The notes: generated by a model not told the origin, from the letters alone. 64,000 nucleotides of DNA from an uncultured Planctomycetaceae bacterium (GCA_963760935.1 CAVXFB010000002.1:54716-118715), one strand, 5' to 3'; counted from the stretch's first letter, positions 40,467 to 51,084 are shown. Numbers and translations: made by a program.

Positions 40467-40710
40467 TGGGCCGGTTGGCCGGATTCAAGTACCGAGAGGT
40501 CGCCCGACGTTTGAGGGCGTTCCGCTGGTCGTTTGATCGCTCCGGCCCAGGCAGCCATGAAGTATGGCGACATTCGGCAACGGGCGTCACGTGACCCTAC
40601 CGCACCATGCGCGGGACATGGCCGAGGGCACTCTGCGAGCAGTGTTGCGGGAAGCCGAAATCAACGTTGAGGACTTCCTTGACACGCGAAATAATACGAG
40701 CCAGCCATGA
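40466..40710 (+). pseudogene. hicA: HicA-family mRNA interferase toxin, frame broken at a GGG run (~40583-40590)
   Basis: MGRLAGFKYREVARRLRAFRWSFDRSGPGSHEVWRHSATG, then TGA. The -1 frame continues RHVTLPHHARDMAEGTLRAVLREAEINVEDFL..., completing a canonical HicA. One extra G would restore the frame. Confidence 0.75.
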
Positions 40711-40714
40711 TAGC

Positions 40715-40759
40715 GGGGACTGTCCCAATTTTCGTGTCAGCGAAAATGGGACTGTCCCC
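40715..40759. repeat. 45-bp palindromic MITE-like element GGGGACTGTCCC-AATTTTCGTGTCAGCGAAAAT-GGGACTGTCCCC
   Basis: The reverse complement is near-identical to the element inside lysS (9107-9152). Here it is intergenic, between hicA and the DUF2283 gene. Confidence 0.85.
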
Positions 40760-40769
40760 TTTGCCAGCC

Positions 40770-40967
40770 ATGAAAGCGATCTACGACCCGAAAACCGATA
40801 CGCTATCTCTTGAACTGAAGTCGGGGCCCGTGGCAGAGAGCGATGAAGATATGCCCGGCGTAATCCTCGATTACAACGATGTCGACGACCACATTGCTAT
40901 CGAGGTGCTTGACGCCTCGAAACGGGTGGCCGAAACACGGACCATGCAGTTTCAAATCGTCGCGTAA
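40770..40967 (+). CDS. DUF2283 family protein
   Basis: 65 aa from the ATG at 40770 (MKAIYDPKTDTLSLELKSGPVAESDEDMPGVILDYNDVDDHIAIEVLDAS), the typical DUF2283 pattern (YD...D.L.i.l......e.....vi.Dy...g.i.giEil.as). Confidence 0.7.
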   Translation: MKAIYDPKTDTLSLELKSGPVAESDEDMPGVILDYNDVDDHIAIEVLDASKRVAETRTMQFQIVA

Positions 40968-40974
40968 TGCAAGC

Positions 40975-41022
40975 CTGGTTTGGGACCAGAAAGCCGGAGG
41001 TTCAAGTCCTCTCGCCCCGACT
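40975..41022 (+). repeat. 3' half of tRNA-Pro (45/48 nt identical to 40137-40184): duplicated attachment-site-like scar
   Basis: CTGGTTTGGGACCAGAAAGCCGGAGGTTCAAGTCCTCTCGCCCCGACT runs from the anticodon arm to the 3' end. No D-arm or 5' acceptor precedes it. Confidence 0.8.
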
Positions 41023-41190
41023 GCTTCTTCGGTCCCCTCTCCCGCCGGGAGAGGATCCGGGTGCGGGCCGGGACTTCGCAGACGGCCGTTCGGCGAGAAG
41101 TTCGGACGGCTTTCTCCATATATGCCAGAGACTTCCGTCGTCAAGGTGAAAGTCCCAACAGAAAAACGGTTCCTGACACCATTTCTTGCC
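41012..41190 (+). repeat. ~180-bp direct repeat, copy A (pairs with 44060-44235)
   Basis: Hand alignment is collinear from TCGCCCCGACT (tRNA-Pro 3' end) through ...CCATTTCTTGCC, roughly 85-88% identical by eye. Contains a CCCCTCTCCC/GGGAGAGG element. Confidence 0.8.
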
Positions 41191-41274
41191 CTTAGGTGCC
41201 CCCGTTGCGACCGATCGCCGATGTTCCGCCGCTACTGAGGCACTTGCTGGTTAGGGCAGAAATCTCTCGTATCT

Positions 41275-42591
41275 TCATCTTTCTCCTTTGTTTCCCTGAG
41301 CGCTCCTTGCGGGCTTGGCAACCGGCGGGCCAATTCCCACATCGCTGTTGGATGGATAACTGATTTTTCCACCATCGTCCTTCAAGTTTACACCGACCGA
41401 GTAGACCAGCCAGCCTTGCGGTGTGTTCTTGACGTGCAATGGCTCACCAGTAAATGGATCGCTGATTGTCTCGGCAGGCAAGCCAAGGTCCGTGAGTTTC
41501 GGGGTTTCCTTGCTGCCCGCCGACACATGCGTCTGCAAGGCATTGAGCACCCGCAGACAGCGTATCTCGGCTTGCGCCCGTGTTAAGACTTGGATTGTTG
41601 TGTGCATCGGTAGGCCAATAATCCGTGAATCTCCTTCGCCAAGCACTGGCGAAGTCTCCGCTTCAACCTTGTGGATTGTCTGGCTCGCCAGGTTGTACGA
41701 AGGCAAATTGTGAGACAGCACGAGCAACGCCTGCGATTCATCGAGCAATGCGGACTGTCGCCGGTTCCACAGCGCGCGTCTAATGAGCCAGAAATTACGG
41801 TTTTTGGAATTCCGAATAAGTTCCAATTCAAAAGCCCGATTGCTCTTGATCGCCCAGTTATATCCGTCCATGCGTTCCTGGATGGCCAACTCCGCATCCA
41901 AAGCTTCCCGCGATTCCTTTGATACAGGCCCCATTTGCAGCGCCACATTCGCGGTATCAATTGCCATACTGCGGAAGGCAAACGCCGGGAAAAATGCAAC
42001 GTCTGTAGGATTTCGATCAAAATGCCTGGCGAGCCGAAAGATGACTAAGCTGGTTCGTATGGCCTCGTCGCGGCTCCCCTCATTCGCAAGCAACAAGGCA
42101 CGAGCATCAAGTACCAAAATGGCAGAGCGGGTCTTCTGTATGACATCAATCAACTGCATGTTGAAATCGTGTGGGGGCAGAGTGTAGTCCAACTGAGCGT
42201 CGTAATCCGGGCAAGCCGCTGCGCGCTCAAGAAGTGGTATCGTTGCGGGGTACGCCTGTAGTGCCGATTTGATCGCATTTCGATCTTCGGAAGTCATTGC
42301 CGGCAAGGGGGACACCCAAATACTATGCACGTTGGCCAACTCTCGCTGAATTCCTGCCACGTCTGCCTCGGCTCGCCGAAGATACGTCGCAGCATTCTTT
42401 TCTGGCGCGATCGGCTTGGGAGCCAAGTCGGCCAGCGTCAACGGATCGCCGGCCGCGCGTATTGCCGCCAATTGTTTCTCAAGCCGTGTGCCGGTAGTCC
42501 AGACCCACCAGGCGTTAGCAACCAGACCCGCCGCTACTAGCCCGCCCAGGATAACCCCGGTCCATTTTAGAGTGTTTTTGAGGCATTTCAT
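41275..42591 (-). CDS. hypothetical membrane-anchored protein (438 aa), last gene of the ECF sigma operon
   Basis: N-terminal TM (WTGVILGGLVAAGLVANAWWVW) followed by a helical soluble domain. No family recognised. Confidence 0.55.
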   Translation of the reverse strand: MKCLKNTLKWTGVILGGLVAAGLVANAWWVWTTGTRLEKQLAAIRAAGDPLTLADLAPKPIAPEKNAATYLRRAEADVAGIQRELANVHSIWVSPLPAMTSEDRNAIKSALQAYPATIPLLERAAACPDYDAQLDYTLPPHDFNMQLIDVIQKTRSAILVLDARALLLANEGSRDEAIRTSLVIFRLARHFDRNPTDVAFFPAFAFRSMAIDTANVALQMGPVSKESREALDAELAIQERMDGYNWAIKSNRAFELELIRNSKNRNFWLIRRALWNRRQSALLDESQALLVLSHNLPSYNLASQTIHKVEAETSPVLGEGDSRIIGLPMHTTIQVLTRAQAEIRCLRVLNALQTHVSAGSKETPKLTDLGLPAETISDPFTGEPLHVKNTPQGWLVYSVGVNLKDDGGKISYPSNSDVGIGPPVAKPARSAQGNKGER

Positions 42592-43018
42592 TGTCGGGTT
42601 CCTTGGAAAGGATAGACGAGTTGTCGATAAGTCGTCTTAACAGGTTGCTGTATGCGTCGTATGCTCCCAGTTCATCGTCAGATGGACGCACGGCGGCAAA
42701 TTGATGATATACCCACCGGGCAACTTGGGTATTGGTGGCTTTCTCCACGGCACTGGCCATCTCCATCGCCTGCTTTGAGACCGGTGGGGGACCGAAAAGC
42801 TGGGCCAAACAACGTTCGGCCGTTTTACTCGCCCAAATGTTCATTGCGATAGCCACCAATATCGACGCTGCTACGACTAGGGCAGATCGTCGTAGCCACT
42901 GTGAACCAGACTCAACCTCCAATTGACTTGCCACCGCCACGAGCACCTGTGGGCGCAACTCTGGGCGGACACCACGAGGTGTTAATTGTCCGAGTAGTTG
43001 TTCGATGTCGTCGTACAT
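42515..43018 (-). CDS. putative anti-sigma factor (single-pass membrane protein)
   Basis: The ATG at 43018 overlaps the sigma-factor stop (TGATG). Short cytoplasmic N-terminus, one TM (SALVVAASILVAIAMNIW). Position immediately downstream of the ECF sigma gene. Confidence 0.55.
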   Translation of the reverse strand: MYDDIEQLLGQLTPRGVRPELRPQVLVAVASQLEVESGSQWLRRSALVVAASILVAIAMNIWASKTAERCLAQLFGPPPVSKQAMEMASAVEKATNTQVARWVYHQFAAVRPSDDELGAYDAYSNLLRRLIDNSSILSKEPDNEMPQKHSKMDRGYPGRASSGGSGC

Positions 43019-43542
43019 CAGGGATGCCTCGCAAACCAAGTCTGCATTTGTGCCAAGGCCAAACGGTAACGGGTTGCTACCGTCCCTTGTGGAAGCCTGG
43101 TCACTTGGCCAATCTGCTGAAAGGTTAGCCCCGCATAAGTTTTCAATTCCACGATTTCCCGTAGGTCATCACTCAAATGACTCATGGCAGTCGCCACAGT
43201 CTCGGCAGCCTCTTGGGTATTGGCATCACTCGAATGACAGCAGAAGAGGTCCGCACTTTCCAGCGGCCTTTGCTTTCGTTGCCGACGAGCATTGCTGGCT
43301 GCCAGTCGTGCGGCCTCGTTCCGAACGATGGTAAAAATATAAGCGTCAAGGTCGTCCACTTTCGCTAGCTCGCGCCGTACGCGAGCCAAACGGCAAAACG
43401 TTTCCTGCAAAACGTCGTCAGCATCATCCCGCGAACTCAAGCGAACCAGCAGGTAATGGCCCATCCGGTCGGCATAGGTGTCGTACAGTTCGGCAAACGC
43501 GGCTTGGTCGCCTCGGGCCAATCTCGCCTGGAGTGTTGCCAT
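43018..43542 (-). CDS. ECF-type RNA polymerase sigma-70 factor
   Basis: 174 aa. Region 2 (FAELYDTYADRMGHYLLVRL...DADDVLQETF) and region 4 HTH (LREIVELKTYAGLTFQQIGQVTRLPQGTVATRYRLAL). Confidence 0.9.
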   Translation of the reverse strand: MATLQARLARGDQAAFAELYDTYADRMGHYLLVRLSSRDDADDVLQETFCRLARVRRELAKVDDLDAYIFTIVRNEAARLAASNARRQRKQRPLESADLFCCHSSDANTQEAAETVATAMSHLSDDLREIVELKTYAGLTFQQIGQVTRLPQGTVATRYRLALAQMQTWFARHP

Positions 43543-44059
43543 GCCGTTGCTCGTTTTGGTTGACGCATCCTATAAGGAAGACCCGCGCGGCCCGCAGATT
43601 TATTGAAAAATCTGTCGAGTTTTTCAGAAAACTTCAGAATACCAAGATTGCGAGGACTTTTCACCCCTATCGCGGGGTGGGTATTCTGGACGAAAACAAC
43701 GATTAGCCGTTGGACATGCGGCTCGATGCCACACCTTGAGACCTACGTTGTGGGACGACCGAGGGGAACCTTGCCCCAGATGCCGCAAGATCAAGAAGGC
43801 CAACTGCCAACACCTGCCTTACGGGGCAGATCGGGGCGGCGATTGCCCGGCAGACGGGACGTGGCGGCACGGCGGGGTTGACCGGTTGGGCAAGGCCGGC
43901 TCTAATTCTGGGGTGGGGTGCGATGGACGACGCGGCCCGCCCTCACCCTAACCATCTCCCGGAGGGAGAGGGGACTTTGGGACGAAGGCAAGAATTAGGC
44001 GTCGGATATGGGCGTCGATGGACGCGGCACCCTGCAAAAAAAGTTTCACTGGCGTCCAG

Positions 44060-44235
44060 TCGCCCCGACTTCTTCGTTCCCCTCTCCCTTCGGGAAAGGA
44101 TCAGGGTGAGGGCCGGGACTTCGCAAGCGGCCGTTCGGCGAGAAGGTCGGACGGCTTTCTCTATACATGCCAGAGACTTACGTCGTCAAGGCGAAAGTCC
44201 CAACATCCAAACGGCTCCTGGCACCGTTTCTGGCC
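44060..44235 (+). repeat. ~180-bp direct repeat, copy B (pairs with 41012-41190)
   Basis: Begins with TCGCCCCGACT (the last 9 nt of tRNA-Pro plus 2), then is collinear with copy A. Confidence 0.8.
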
Positions 44236-44349
44236 ACAGACCCTTGAACGAGGCTGGCCAAGTAAGTACGATGTCCATCCAGACGCTCGGCAGCGTAGTC
44301 GAGTGCAGGTCGGCTGAGAAATGTCGATTGAAACAAGGGGATCTTCCAA

Positions 44350-45759
44350 ATGTCCAACGAATTGACAGAAGAAAAGACAGTGAGCAAGAAAACCCGGCGA
44401 TGGTGGATCGTGTGGGCCGTGGTCGTGGTGTTGTTCTTGTTGGGACTTGCGCTGCCGGTGTCGAATCTGGTGTTGGGCAGAACCTACGTCAAAGTTGAAA
44501 ACGACGACGCGCAGTTTCAGAAGATCTCCCGGCTGCTTCAACTGAACTGTGCCGATTGCCATACGCCCGATCTGACGCATCATCCGCTGTACTTCGATTT
44601 TCCCGTGGCGTCGAGCATTATCGCCGCGGACATGGAGCAGGCGAAGGTGCACATGGTCATCGAGGTGGATCAGTTCAACGGGAAGAAGCCGTTCAACGCC
44701 GTGGAAATGGCCAAGATCACCCGCGTCTTGGAAAACCACGCGATGCCGCCGTTGAATTATCGCGCCATGCACTGGAACACCGGCCTCAGCGACGAACAGC
44801 GGGACGAGGTTTCGGCGTGGTTCGAGAGCATCCCGGGCGGCTATGGCCCGCTGCCCACTCCCGACGTCAATCCCTTCCATCCCAGCCCGGACAAAGTGGC
44901 GCTGGGGGAAAAGCTCTATCATGACACGCGTCTGTCCGGCAACAACACCATTTCGTGCGCCACGTGTCACGATCTGGACACGGGGGGAGTGGACCTGAAG
45001 GTCGTCTCGACGGGCATTGATGGCAAGAAGGGCTCAATAAACTCACCGACCGTTTACAATGCGGCCTTCAATTTCGCCCAGTTTTGGGATGGGCGAGCGC
45101 ACGATTTGCAAGAACAGGCAGCCGGGCCCGTGGCAAACCCCGTCGAGATGGGCGCGACTTGGGACGCGGTCGTCAAAAAGATCTCCGGGGACCCAGAGTA
45201 CGTCGCCGAGTTCAAGAAGGCCTACAACGGGGTCATTTCGAAGGACACTATCACCGACGCGATTGCCGAGTTCGAAAAGACGCTGCTGACGCCCAATTGC
45301 CTATTCGATCACTACCTGCGGGGCGACAAAAAGGCGCTCACCGACGAGCAACTCCAGGGCTACGAGCTGTTTGTTGAGCACGAATGCGCAACCTGCCACA
45401 CGGGTGTGATCTTGGGCGGGCTGACCTTCGAGCGCATGGGACTGACGCGTGACTACTTCAAGATGCGCGGCGGAGAAATCACCGACGCCGATCTCGGACG
45501 CTATAACGTCACGAAGAAAGAATACGATCGCCACAAGTTCAAGACCCCGACGCTCCGCAACATCGCGCTCACGCCACCGTATTTCCACGATGGCTCGGCC
45601 AAAACGCTCGACGAGGCCGTGCGCATCATGGCCGAGGTCGAGACCAACAACCCGTTGTCCGAACACGAGGCGAAACGGATTGTTGCCTACCTCAAGACGC
45701 TCACGGGCTACTATCAAGGAAGGTTGCTCACCGACGCCCCGCCGACGCCCTCCAAGTGA
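44350..45759 (+). CDS. di-haem cytochrome c peroxidase (CCP/MauG family) with an N-terminal haem-binding extension
   Basis: 469 aa. N-terminal TM plus CADCH motif, then CCP motifs CATCHDLDTGG, FWDGRAHDLQEQAAGPVANPVEMG, CATCHTG, PTLRNIALTPPYFHDGS. Confidence 0.88.
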   Translation: MSNELTEEKTVSKKTRRWWIVWAVVVVLFLLGLALPVSNLVLGRTYVKVENDDAQFQKISRLLQLNCADCHTPDLTHHPLYFDFPVASSIIAADMEQAKVHMVIEVDQFNGKKPFNAVEMAKITRVLENHAMPPLNYRAMHWNTGLSDEQRDEVSAWFESIPGGYGPLPTPDVNPFHPSPDKVALGEKLYHDTRLSGNNTISCATCHDLDTGGVDLKVVSTGIDGKKGSINSPTVYNAAFNFAQFWDGRAHDLQEQAAGPVANPVEMGATWDAVVKKISGDPEYVAEFKKAYNGVISKDTITDAIAEFEKTLLTPNCLFDHYLRGDKKALTDEQLQGYELFVEHECATCHTGVILGGLTFERMGLTRDYFKMRGGEITDADLGRYNVTKKEYDRHKFKTPTLRNIALTPPYFHDGSAKTLDEAVRIMAEVETNNPLSEHEAKRIVAYLKTLTGYYQGRLLTDAPPTPSK

Positions 45760-46222
45760 CGCGCGCGAAGAAGGCGATTCCTGACCATTGGCGGTGTATC
45801 GCGAAAGACCTGCCAATTGGGTGCGTGGGTGGGCATCTGCATCCGTCCGCTGTGGGAGTTGAAAAGGGGACGCAGCTTCTATGGGTCCGCGGGCCAAGTC
45901 GTTGCGATTCCCGTTTTGTGGCCCGCATCAAAGCAATAACGCGCCCTGCTGGAAAAGACAGCAGTGGCACACTGCAACAGTCGGCATCCGAGCGGCAATG
46001 GCAAAGCCGGCCCCACCCTGAGTTGTTCTTTGTCCTTACCTCGCACCAAGGGGGACATTTCTATCTGTGAGAAAGAGGGAACATTTCTACCTCCGGACAG
46101 CACGAGTACGCCGAGGGGCTTTCTCATTACGGGAACAAGAGTTACATTGGCCGTGAGGCCGGTCCAATCGTTTTTCGCGTCCCTCTTGCATTGCTAATCG
46201 GAGACATACCGTCTCGCGGGTA

Positions 46223-46654
46223 GTGCCCATGCAACCGATTGCTTTTTGGTTCATGCTTCTGTTCGTCGCCATCGGGCTTCTTTTCATCGGGCTGTCGGTG
46301 CCGCTGGTCCGGCATCGGGTGAAGCCGAATCGCTGGTATGGATTCCGTACCCCCAAGACCCTGAGTGGCGAACATGTTTGGTATGAGGCCAACGAATTTG
46401 CTGGGCGAATGGGCGTGCGAGCCGGCATCGTCTTGATCGTGGCAGCAATTGTGCTCTACTTCGCCCTGCAAGCGAACTTCATCGCCTACGCCATCGCGTG
46501 GTCGATAGTGCTGTTGACCACCAGTGTGATCCATCTCTGGCTGAGTTTTCGTCACTTGCGGTCACTTGGAGGCGAAATCGCCCCTTTGACCTTGGAACTT
46601 GGCTCAAATCTGCCGCGTCACGGACACTGCGAGACTGCAGGAAGTGGGTTATGA
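46223..46654 (+). CDS. SdpI/YhfL-family membrane protein
   Basis: 143 aa (GTG 46223 or ATG 46229). RVKPNRWYGFRTPKTLSGEHVWYEAN between TM helices is the SdpI family hallmark. Confidence 0.7.
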   Translation: MPMQPIAFWFMLLFVAIGLLFIGLSVPLVRHRVKPNRWYGFRTPKTLSGEHVWYEANEFAGRMGVRAGIVLIVAAIVLYFALQANFIAYAIAWSIVLLTTSVIHLWLSFRHLRSLGGEIAPLTLELGSNLPRHGHCETAGSGL

Positions 46655-47148
46655 GAGACTATGAAGCACCGTGGGGCTTGTCGCTAATCATCATGTCGTC
46701 GCTGGCGACCGTCGTGTGTCTCGGAGTCGCGATTGCGCTGATCTTCTTGCCCAATCACGCGGGCGTGCAGTGGCTTGCGTTGTTGCCCGTTGCAATTCTG
46801 TTTGGCGGGGCCCTATTTACGATTCGTGGCTACACCGTCACATCTGATGCCATCCTGGTTCACCGGTTGTTCTGGGCCACGCGATTACCGCTGGCTGGCC
46901 TGCAATCGGCGCGGATCGAGCCGGATGTCATGCGCCGCAGCCTCCGCACCTGCGGCAATGGCGGATTGTTTTCGTTCACCGGTTGGTACCGCAACAAGGC
47001 GTTGGGCAACTATCGTGCGTTTGTCACCGATCCGCATCGGACAGTAGTATTGCGATTCTCTCGACCTTCTCAGCGCACCGTTGTCCTTTCCCCCTCCCCG
47101 TCCGACGATTTCGTTGCCAAAATTGGCTCTATGAGTGCCGCTTCCTAA
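46651..47148 (+). CDS. bacterial PH (bPH) domain membrane protein
   Basis: The ATG at 46651 overlaps the upstream stop (ATGA). Two TMs, then TIRGYTVTSDAILVHRLFWATRLPL...GNGGLFSFTGWYRN..LGNYRAFVTD, typical of bPH-domain proteins. Confidence 0.65.
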   Translation: MRDYEAPWGLSLIIMSSLATVVCLGVAIALIFLPNHAGVQWLALLPVAILFGGALFTIRGYTVTSDAILVHRLFWATRLPLAGLQSARIEPDVMRRSLRTCGNGGLFSFTGWYRNKALGNYRAFVTDPHRTVVLRFSRPSQRTVVLSPSPSDDFVAKIGSMSAAS

Positions 47149-47363
47149 CACGTCCGCCGGACCAGTAGTTATAACCGGGAGCCGTTGGCGCCCGGCCATT
47201 GCGGTACATTTCTTACCTTCGTTCCAGATTCGCCCCTTATGGATTCGCCGCAATCCGTTACCGCACCCGTCGTTCTTGCCCGTGTTGACCGCAGTTTTTT
47301 ATGTGGATAGGCTGAAAGGGTCTTCGATCGCCAATTGATCCGGAACGCATAGGATGGAAATTG

Positions 47364-49592
47364 ATGACAGGGCAACCCCTTACACAAGCCGCGATGGGTT
47401 CGGGGTGTGCCCAATCGGACAGTGCCACGGTGGCCGATCGGCCCTTCGCTCCGTGGGAATGGGTGCTGATGGCCGGCTTGGTGGTCGCGGTATTCTTGGT
47501 CTATCAGCCGGCCTGGCGCGGGGGAGTGCTCTGGGACGATGACGGGCACATCACACGTCCCGATTTGCGGTCGTGGGATGGTCTGTGCCGCATTTGGGTC
47601 GAACCGGCGGCTACTCAGCAATACTACCCCGTCTTGCACAGCGCCTTCTGGATCGAACATCGTCTGTGGGGCGATGATACGCTCGGCTATCACTTGGTGA
47701 ACATCCTGCTGCACGCGATGGCGGCGGTGATGGTGGCATTGATTCTGCGTCGACTTACCGTTCCCGGAGCCTATTTGGCGGCTGCCATCTTCGCCCTGCA
47801 TCCGGTACACGTGGAGTCGGTAGCGTGGATCACGGAATTGAAGAACACCTTGTCGGGCGTGTTCTACCTGAGCGCGATGCTGGTCTACCTGCGATTCGAT
47901 CAGACACGAAAAAGGCCGTTATACTTTTGGGCATGCGGACTATTCGCGCTGGGGCTGCTGAGCAAGACCGTCACCGCCACACTGCCTGCGGCCCTATTGG
48001 TAATCTTCTGGTGGCAGCGGAACAAGCTGTCTTGGAAGCGAGACGTCTTGCCTCTGATCCCCATGTTCGCCATGGGAGCGTTGGCCGGGCTCTACACGGC
48101 CTTTCTGGAGCGCACCGAGATCGGCGCCGAGGGCGCGGAGTTCAACTTTTCGATTATCGAGCGTTGCCTGATCGCAGGCCGGGCAATCTGGTTCTACCTT
48201 GGCAAGCTCGTTTGGCCCACGGACCTGATCTTCATCTACCCGCGTTGGAATATCAGCGGGACCGATTGGCGGCTATATCTCTATTTGGCAGCAGCACTTG
48301 TGTTGTTGGCAGCGGCGTGGATGGTGCGGCGGCGATGGCGTGCGCCGCTGGCCGGCTTGCTATTCTTTATCGGGACGCTCTTCCCGGTGCTGGGCTTCTG
48401 TAATGTGTATCCGTTCATCTTTTCGTTCGTGGCCGATCATTTCCAATACTTGGCGAGTCTGGGCGTGATCGCGCTGGTCGCGGCCGGAATCGCATTATTG
48501 CTGAAGCGCCTTGGGATTTGGGGTCGTCCGGCCGGCAACCTGCTGTGCCTGGGGCTGTTGGCAACGCTGGGCGTCTTGACCTGGCGCCAGAGTCATATAT
48601 ACGTCAACGCTGAAGTGCTCTACCGAACGGTCATCGCCGGGAATCCTGAGTGCTGGATGGCTCACAACAACCTTGGCAAGGTCCTGCAGGAGAAGGGCCA
48701 AACCGAAGAGGCGATTGCCGAGTTCAGGCGGACTTTGGAGCTTAACCCCACTACGCACAATTGCGAAAAGGCGTATAACAGCCTGGGATTGGCCCTGCAG
48801 TCGCAGGGAAAGTTTGATGAGGCACTTGCCTGGTATCGACGGGCCATAGATCTCAACCCCGGCTACGCCACGCCCTACAACAGCTTGGGCTTGGCTCTGG
48901 CGCAGATGGGCAGGGTCGAGGACGGAATCGTCGAGTTTCAGAAGGCCATCGAGATCAAGCCGGCCTATCCTGAACCCCATTTCAACATGGGCCTTGCCCT
49001 ACGCCAGTTGGGAAGGAATGAAGCAGCGATTGCGGAGTTTGAGCAGGCAGTCCATTTCAGGCCCGAGTATGTGAAAGCTCGCCTTCAGCTTGGTTTGGCA
49101 CTGGCAGACGGCGGAAGGCTCGACGAAGCAATCGTGCAGTTTCAGATACTGCAACAGATCAGCCCCAACGCGGCCGAGGTACAACAGATCCTGCGGAGCA
49201 TTTTGACCGCATACGACAATGTGCGGAAGGGAATTGCCCAGAAGTGCAAACTGGTCCGTTCGCGTCCCGACGACGTTGTTCTCTTAAACGAAACGGCTTG
49301 GTTGCTGGCAACTAACCCCAACAAATCGCTTCGCAACGGCGCCGAGGCCGTTAGAATGGCCGAGCGGTCGTCAAAACTCTCTGGCGGCAATGAACCGGCA
49401 GTCCTCGATACGTTGGCTGCCGCTTATGCCGAAGCCGGACGATTCAACGATGCCGTCGAGACCGCTCAGAAGGCTCTCAAACTGGCGACGCAGCAGGGCA
49501 AACATACGCTTTCGGAATCGCTCAAGGCCCGAATTCGACTCTACAAATCGGGCGTTCCGTTTCACGAGACGCCGTCCCCGCCAAGGTCGTAG
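47364..49592 (+). CDS. TMTC-like membrane protein (GT-C/DUF1736-like domain + TPR repeats), paralog of 4087..5934
   Basis: 743 aa. HLVNILLHAMAAV...AAIFALHPVHVESVAWITELKNTLSGVFYL. C-terminal TPR array (YNSLGLAL...A...Y..AI...P, multiple copies). Confidence 0.8.
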   Translation: MTGQPLTQAAMGSGCAQSDSATVADRPFAPWEWVLMAGLVVAVFLVYQPAWRGGVLWDDDGHITRPDLRSWDGLCRIWVEPAATQQYYPVLHSAFWIEHRLWGDDTLGYHLVNILLHAMAAVMVALILRRLTVPGAYLAAAIFALHPVHVESVAWITELKNTLSGVFYLSAMLVYLRFDQTRKRPLYFWACGLFALGLLSKTVTATLPAALLVIFWWQRNKLSWKRDVLPLIPMFAMGALAGLYTAFLERTEIGAEGAEFNFSIIERCLIAGRAIWFYLGKLVWPTDLIFIYPRWNISGTDWRLYLYLAAALVLLAAAWMVRRRWRAPLAGLLFFIGTLFPVLGFCNVYPFIFSFVADHFQYLASLGVIALVAAGIALLLKRLGIWGRPAGNLLCLGLLATLGVLTWRQSHIYVNAEVLYRTVIAGNPECWMAHNNLGKVLQEKGQTEEAIAEFRRTLELNPTTHNCEKAYNSLGLALQSQGKFDEALAWYRRAIDLNPGYATPYNSLGLALAQMGRVEDGIVEFQKAIEIKPAYPEPHFNMGLALRQLGRNEAAIAEFEQAVHFRPEYVKARLQLGLALADGGRLDEAIVQFQILQQISPNAAEVQQILRSILTAYDNVRKGIAQKCKLVRSRPDDVVLLNETAWLLATNPNKSLRNGAEAVRMAERSSKLSGGNEPAVLDTLAAAYAEAGRFNDAVETAQKALKLATQQGKHTLSESLKARIRLYKSGVPFHETPSPPRS

Positions 49593-49909
49593 CAGCCCTT
49601 TGAAAAATATGCAGGAGTGTCTCCGCGCGCCAATTGGGTCACCGAATATTGCAATTGGCGGTCAAGATAACAGACTGTCCGGCGAGGCGTTGGAATGGAT
49701 GCCTTCCTTGGATTGCGCATATTGGGAACATGCCGTCCGAAGCGGATTGTGGGCGGACAACCGTGGTGCCCCGACCACACCGTATGGCCCAGACGGTCCG
49801 GAAATTCTATTATTCCCTGCCCGTCAGCACACTTGTTCGGGCGACTCACTCGAACACAAGCACTGCCGGTTGGCGTCTGGCACACAAACCAAACCGCGAG
49901 GAGAACGGG

Positions 49910-50884
49910 ATGAAGAGCCATAATCGGGTGACCCGGCGAGCAGCCGTGCAAACCATCATCGGCGGGGTGTCGGCCGGCGGACTTGCCGTCGGTCTCGGAT
50001 CGTTTGAGGGCTCGGCCGCCGCTGCATCGACGCAAGAGATGAAGATGCCGACGCGGCCGTTGGGAAGGACCGGCCATCAGGTGTGCTTATTCAGTCTCGG
50101 CGGCCAAGCCACGCTCGAACAGCCCAACCGCGATGCCGAGGCTGTGCCGATTATCAATCGGGCGATTGATCTTGGCGTCAACTATATTGATACGGCGGCC
50201 GCATACGGCAATGGCGTCAGCGAGACGTACATAGGCAAAGTGATGAAGACGCGGCGTAAGGAAGTGTTCCTCGCATCAAAGACGCACGATCGTAGCTACG
50301 ATGGTTCGATGCGATACTTGGAGCGGTCGCTCAAAAATCTGCAAACGGACCACCTCGATCTGTGGCAGCTCCATAACGTGACTCGCGAGGACGAATTGGA
50401 GAAGATTTTCGCATCGGATGGGGCGCTCAAGGCGTTGGAAAAAGCCCGCGATCAGAAGATGGTGCGTTTTCTGGGCATCACCGGGCACTTCGATCCGGCC
50501 GTGTTGAAGCACGGCATCGAGCGATATCCGTTCGATTCGATTCTGATGGCCCTGAATGCGGCCGACAAGCACAACCACTCCTTCATCGAGGGTCTTCTGC
50601 CGACCGCCGTGGAAAAGAAGATGGCCATCATCGGCATGAAAGTCGTCGCACGGGGCAAGATATTCCGGTCCGACGGCCTTTCCCGCATGCAACAAGCGAT
50701 GCGCTATGTTCTCACCTTGCCGATAAGCACCATCATCGTGGGCATCTCAAAGCTGCCCGAGCTTGAAGAAAACGTCCAGATCGCCAAGACGTTTCAGCCT
50801 TGCTCGAACGACGAGTCGGTCGCGCTTGAGGAGCTTACACGACCGTATTTCGCGGCCGCCACCTATTTCCGCCGGAAGACCTAA
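49910..50884 (+). CDS. aldo/keto reductase with Tat-type signal peptide
   Basis: ATG at 49910 after a GAGGAG SD. VTRRAAVQTIIGG signal. AKR motifs INYIDTAAAYGNGVSE, FLASK, DLWQLHN, VRFLGITGH. Confidence 0.85.
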   Translation: MKSHNRVTRRAAVQTIIGGVSAGGLAVGLGSFEGSAAAASTQEMKMPTRPLGRTGHQVCLFSLGGQATLEQPNRDAEAVPIINRAIDLGVNYIDTAAAYGNGVSETYIGKVMKTRRKEVFLASKTHDRSYDGSMRYLERSLKNLQTDHLDLWQLHNVTREDELEKIFASDGALKALEKARDQKMVRFLGITGHFDPAVLKHGIERYPFDSILMALNAADKHNHSFIEGLLPTAVEKKMAIIGMKVVARGKIFRSDGLSRMQQAMRYVLTLPISTIIVGISKLPELEENVQIAKTFQPCSNDESVALEELTRPYFAAATYFRRKT

Positions 50885-51084
50885 GCCCGTCACAGCTTAC
50901 ACCCCATTGAAACAAGCGACCTTCTCGGTCGGCCGGGAGAAGGAATCGGCGGTGTTTTTCGCTATTGCACTTGGCCTGAGATACGCTGAGAATGCGCGTT
51001 AACGGCAGGGCAATACCGTATGGTGATCCCCGGGGCCGGCTTTACATGCAGGTTGCGTTTTAATCGATTACCACGGATGGACTG

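Noticed and set aside
40607-40813. 68-aa ORF after hicA
   Set aside because: It is the out-of-frame read-through of the hicA 3' part plus translation of the 45-bp palindromic element. The true HicA C-terminus is in the adjacent frame.
43878-44498. 206-aa plus-strand ORF
   Set aside because: It is composed of translated repeat DNA (the CCCTCACCC/GGGAGAGGGG element and the 180-bp direct repeat) and overlaps the start of the cytochrome c peroxidase gene.
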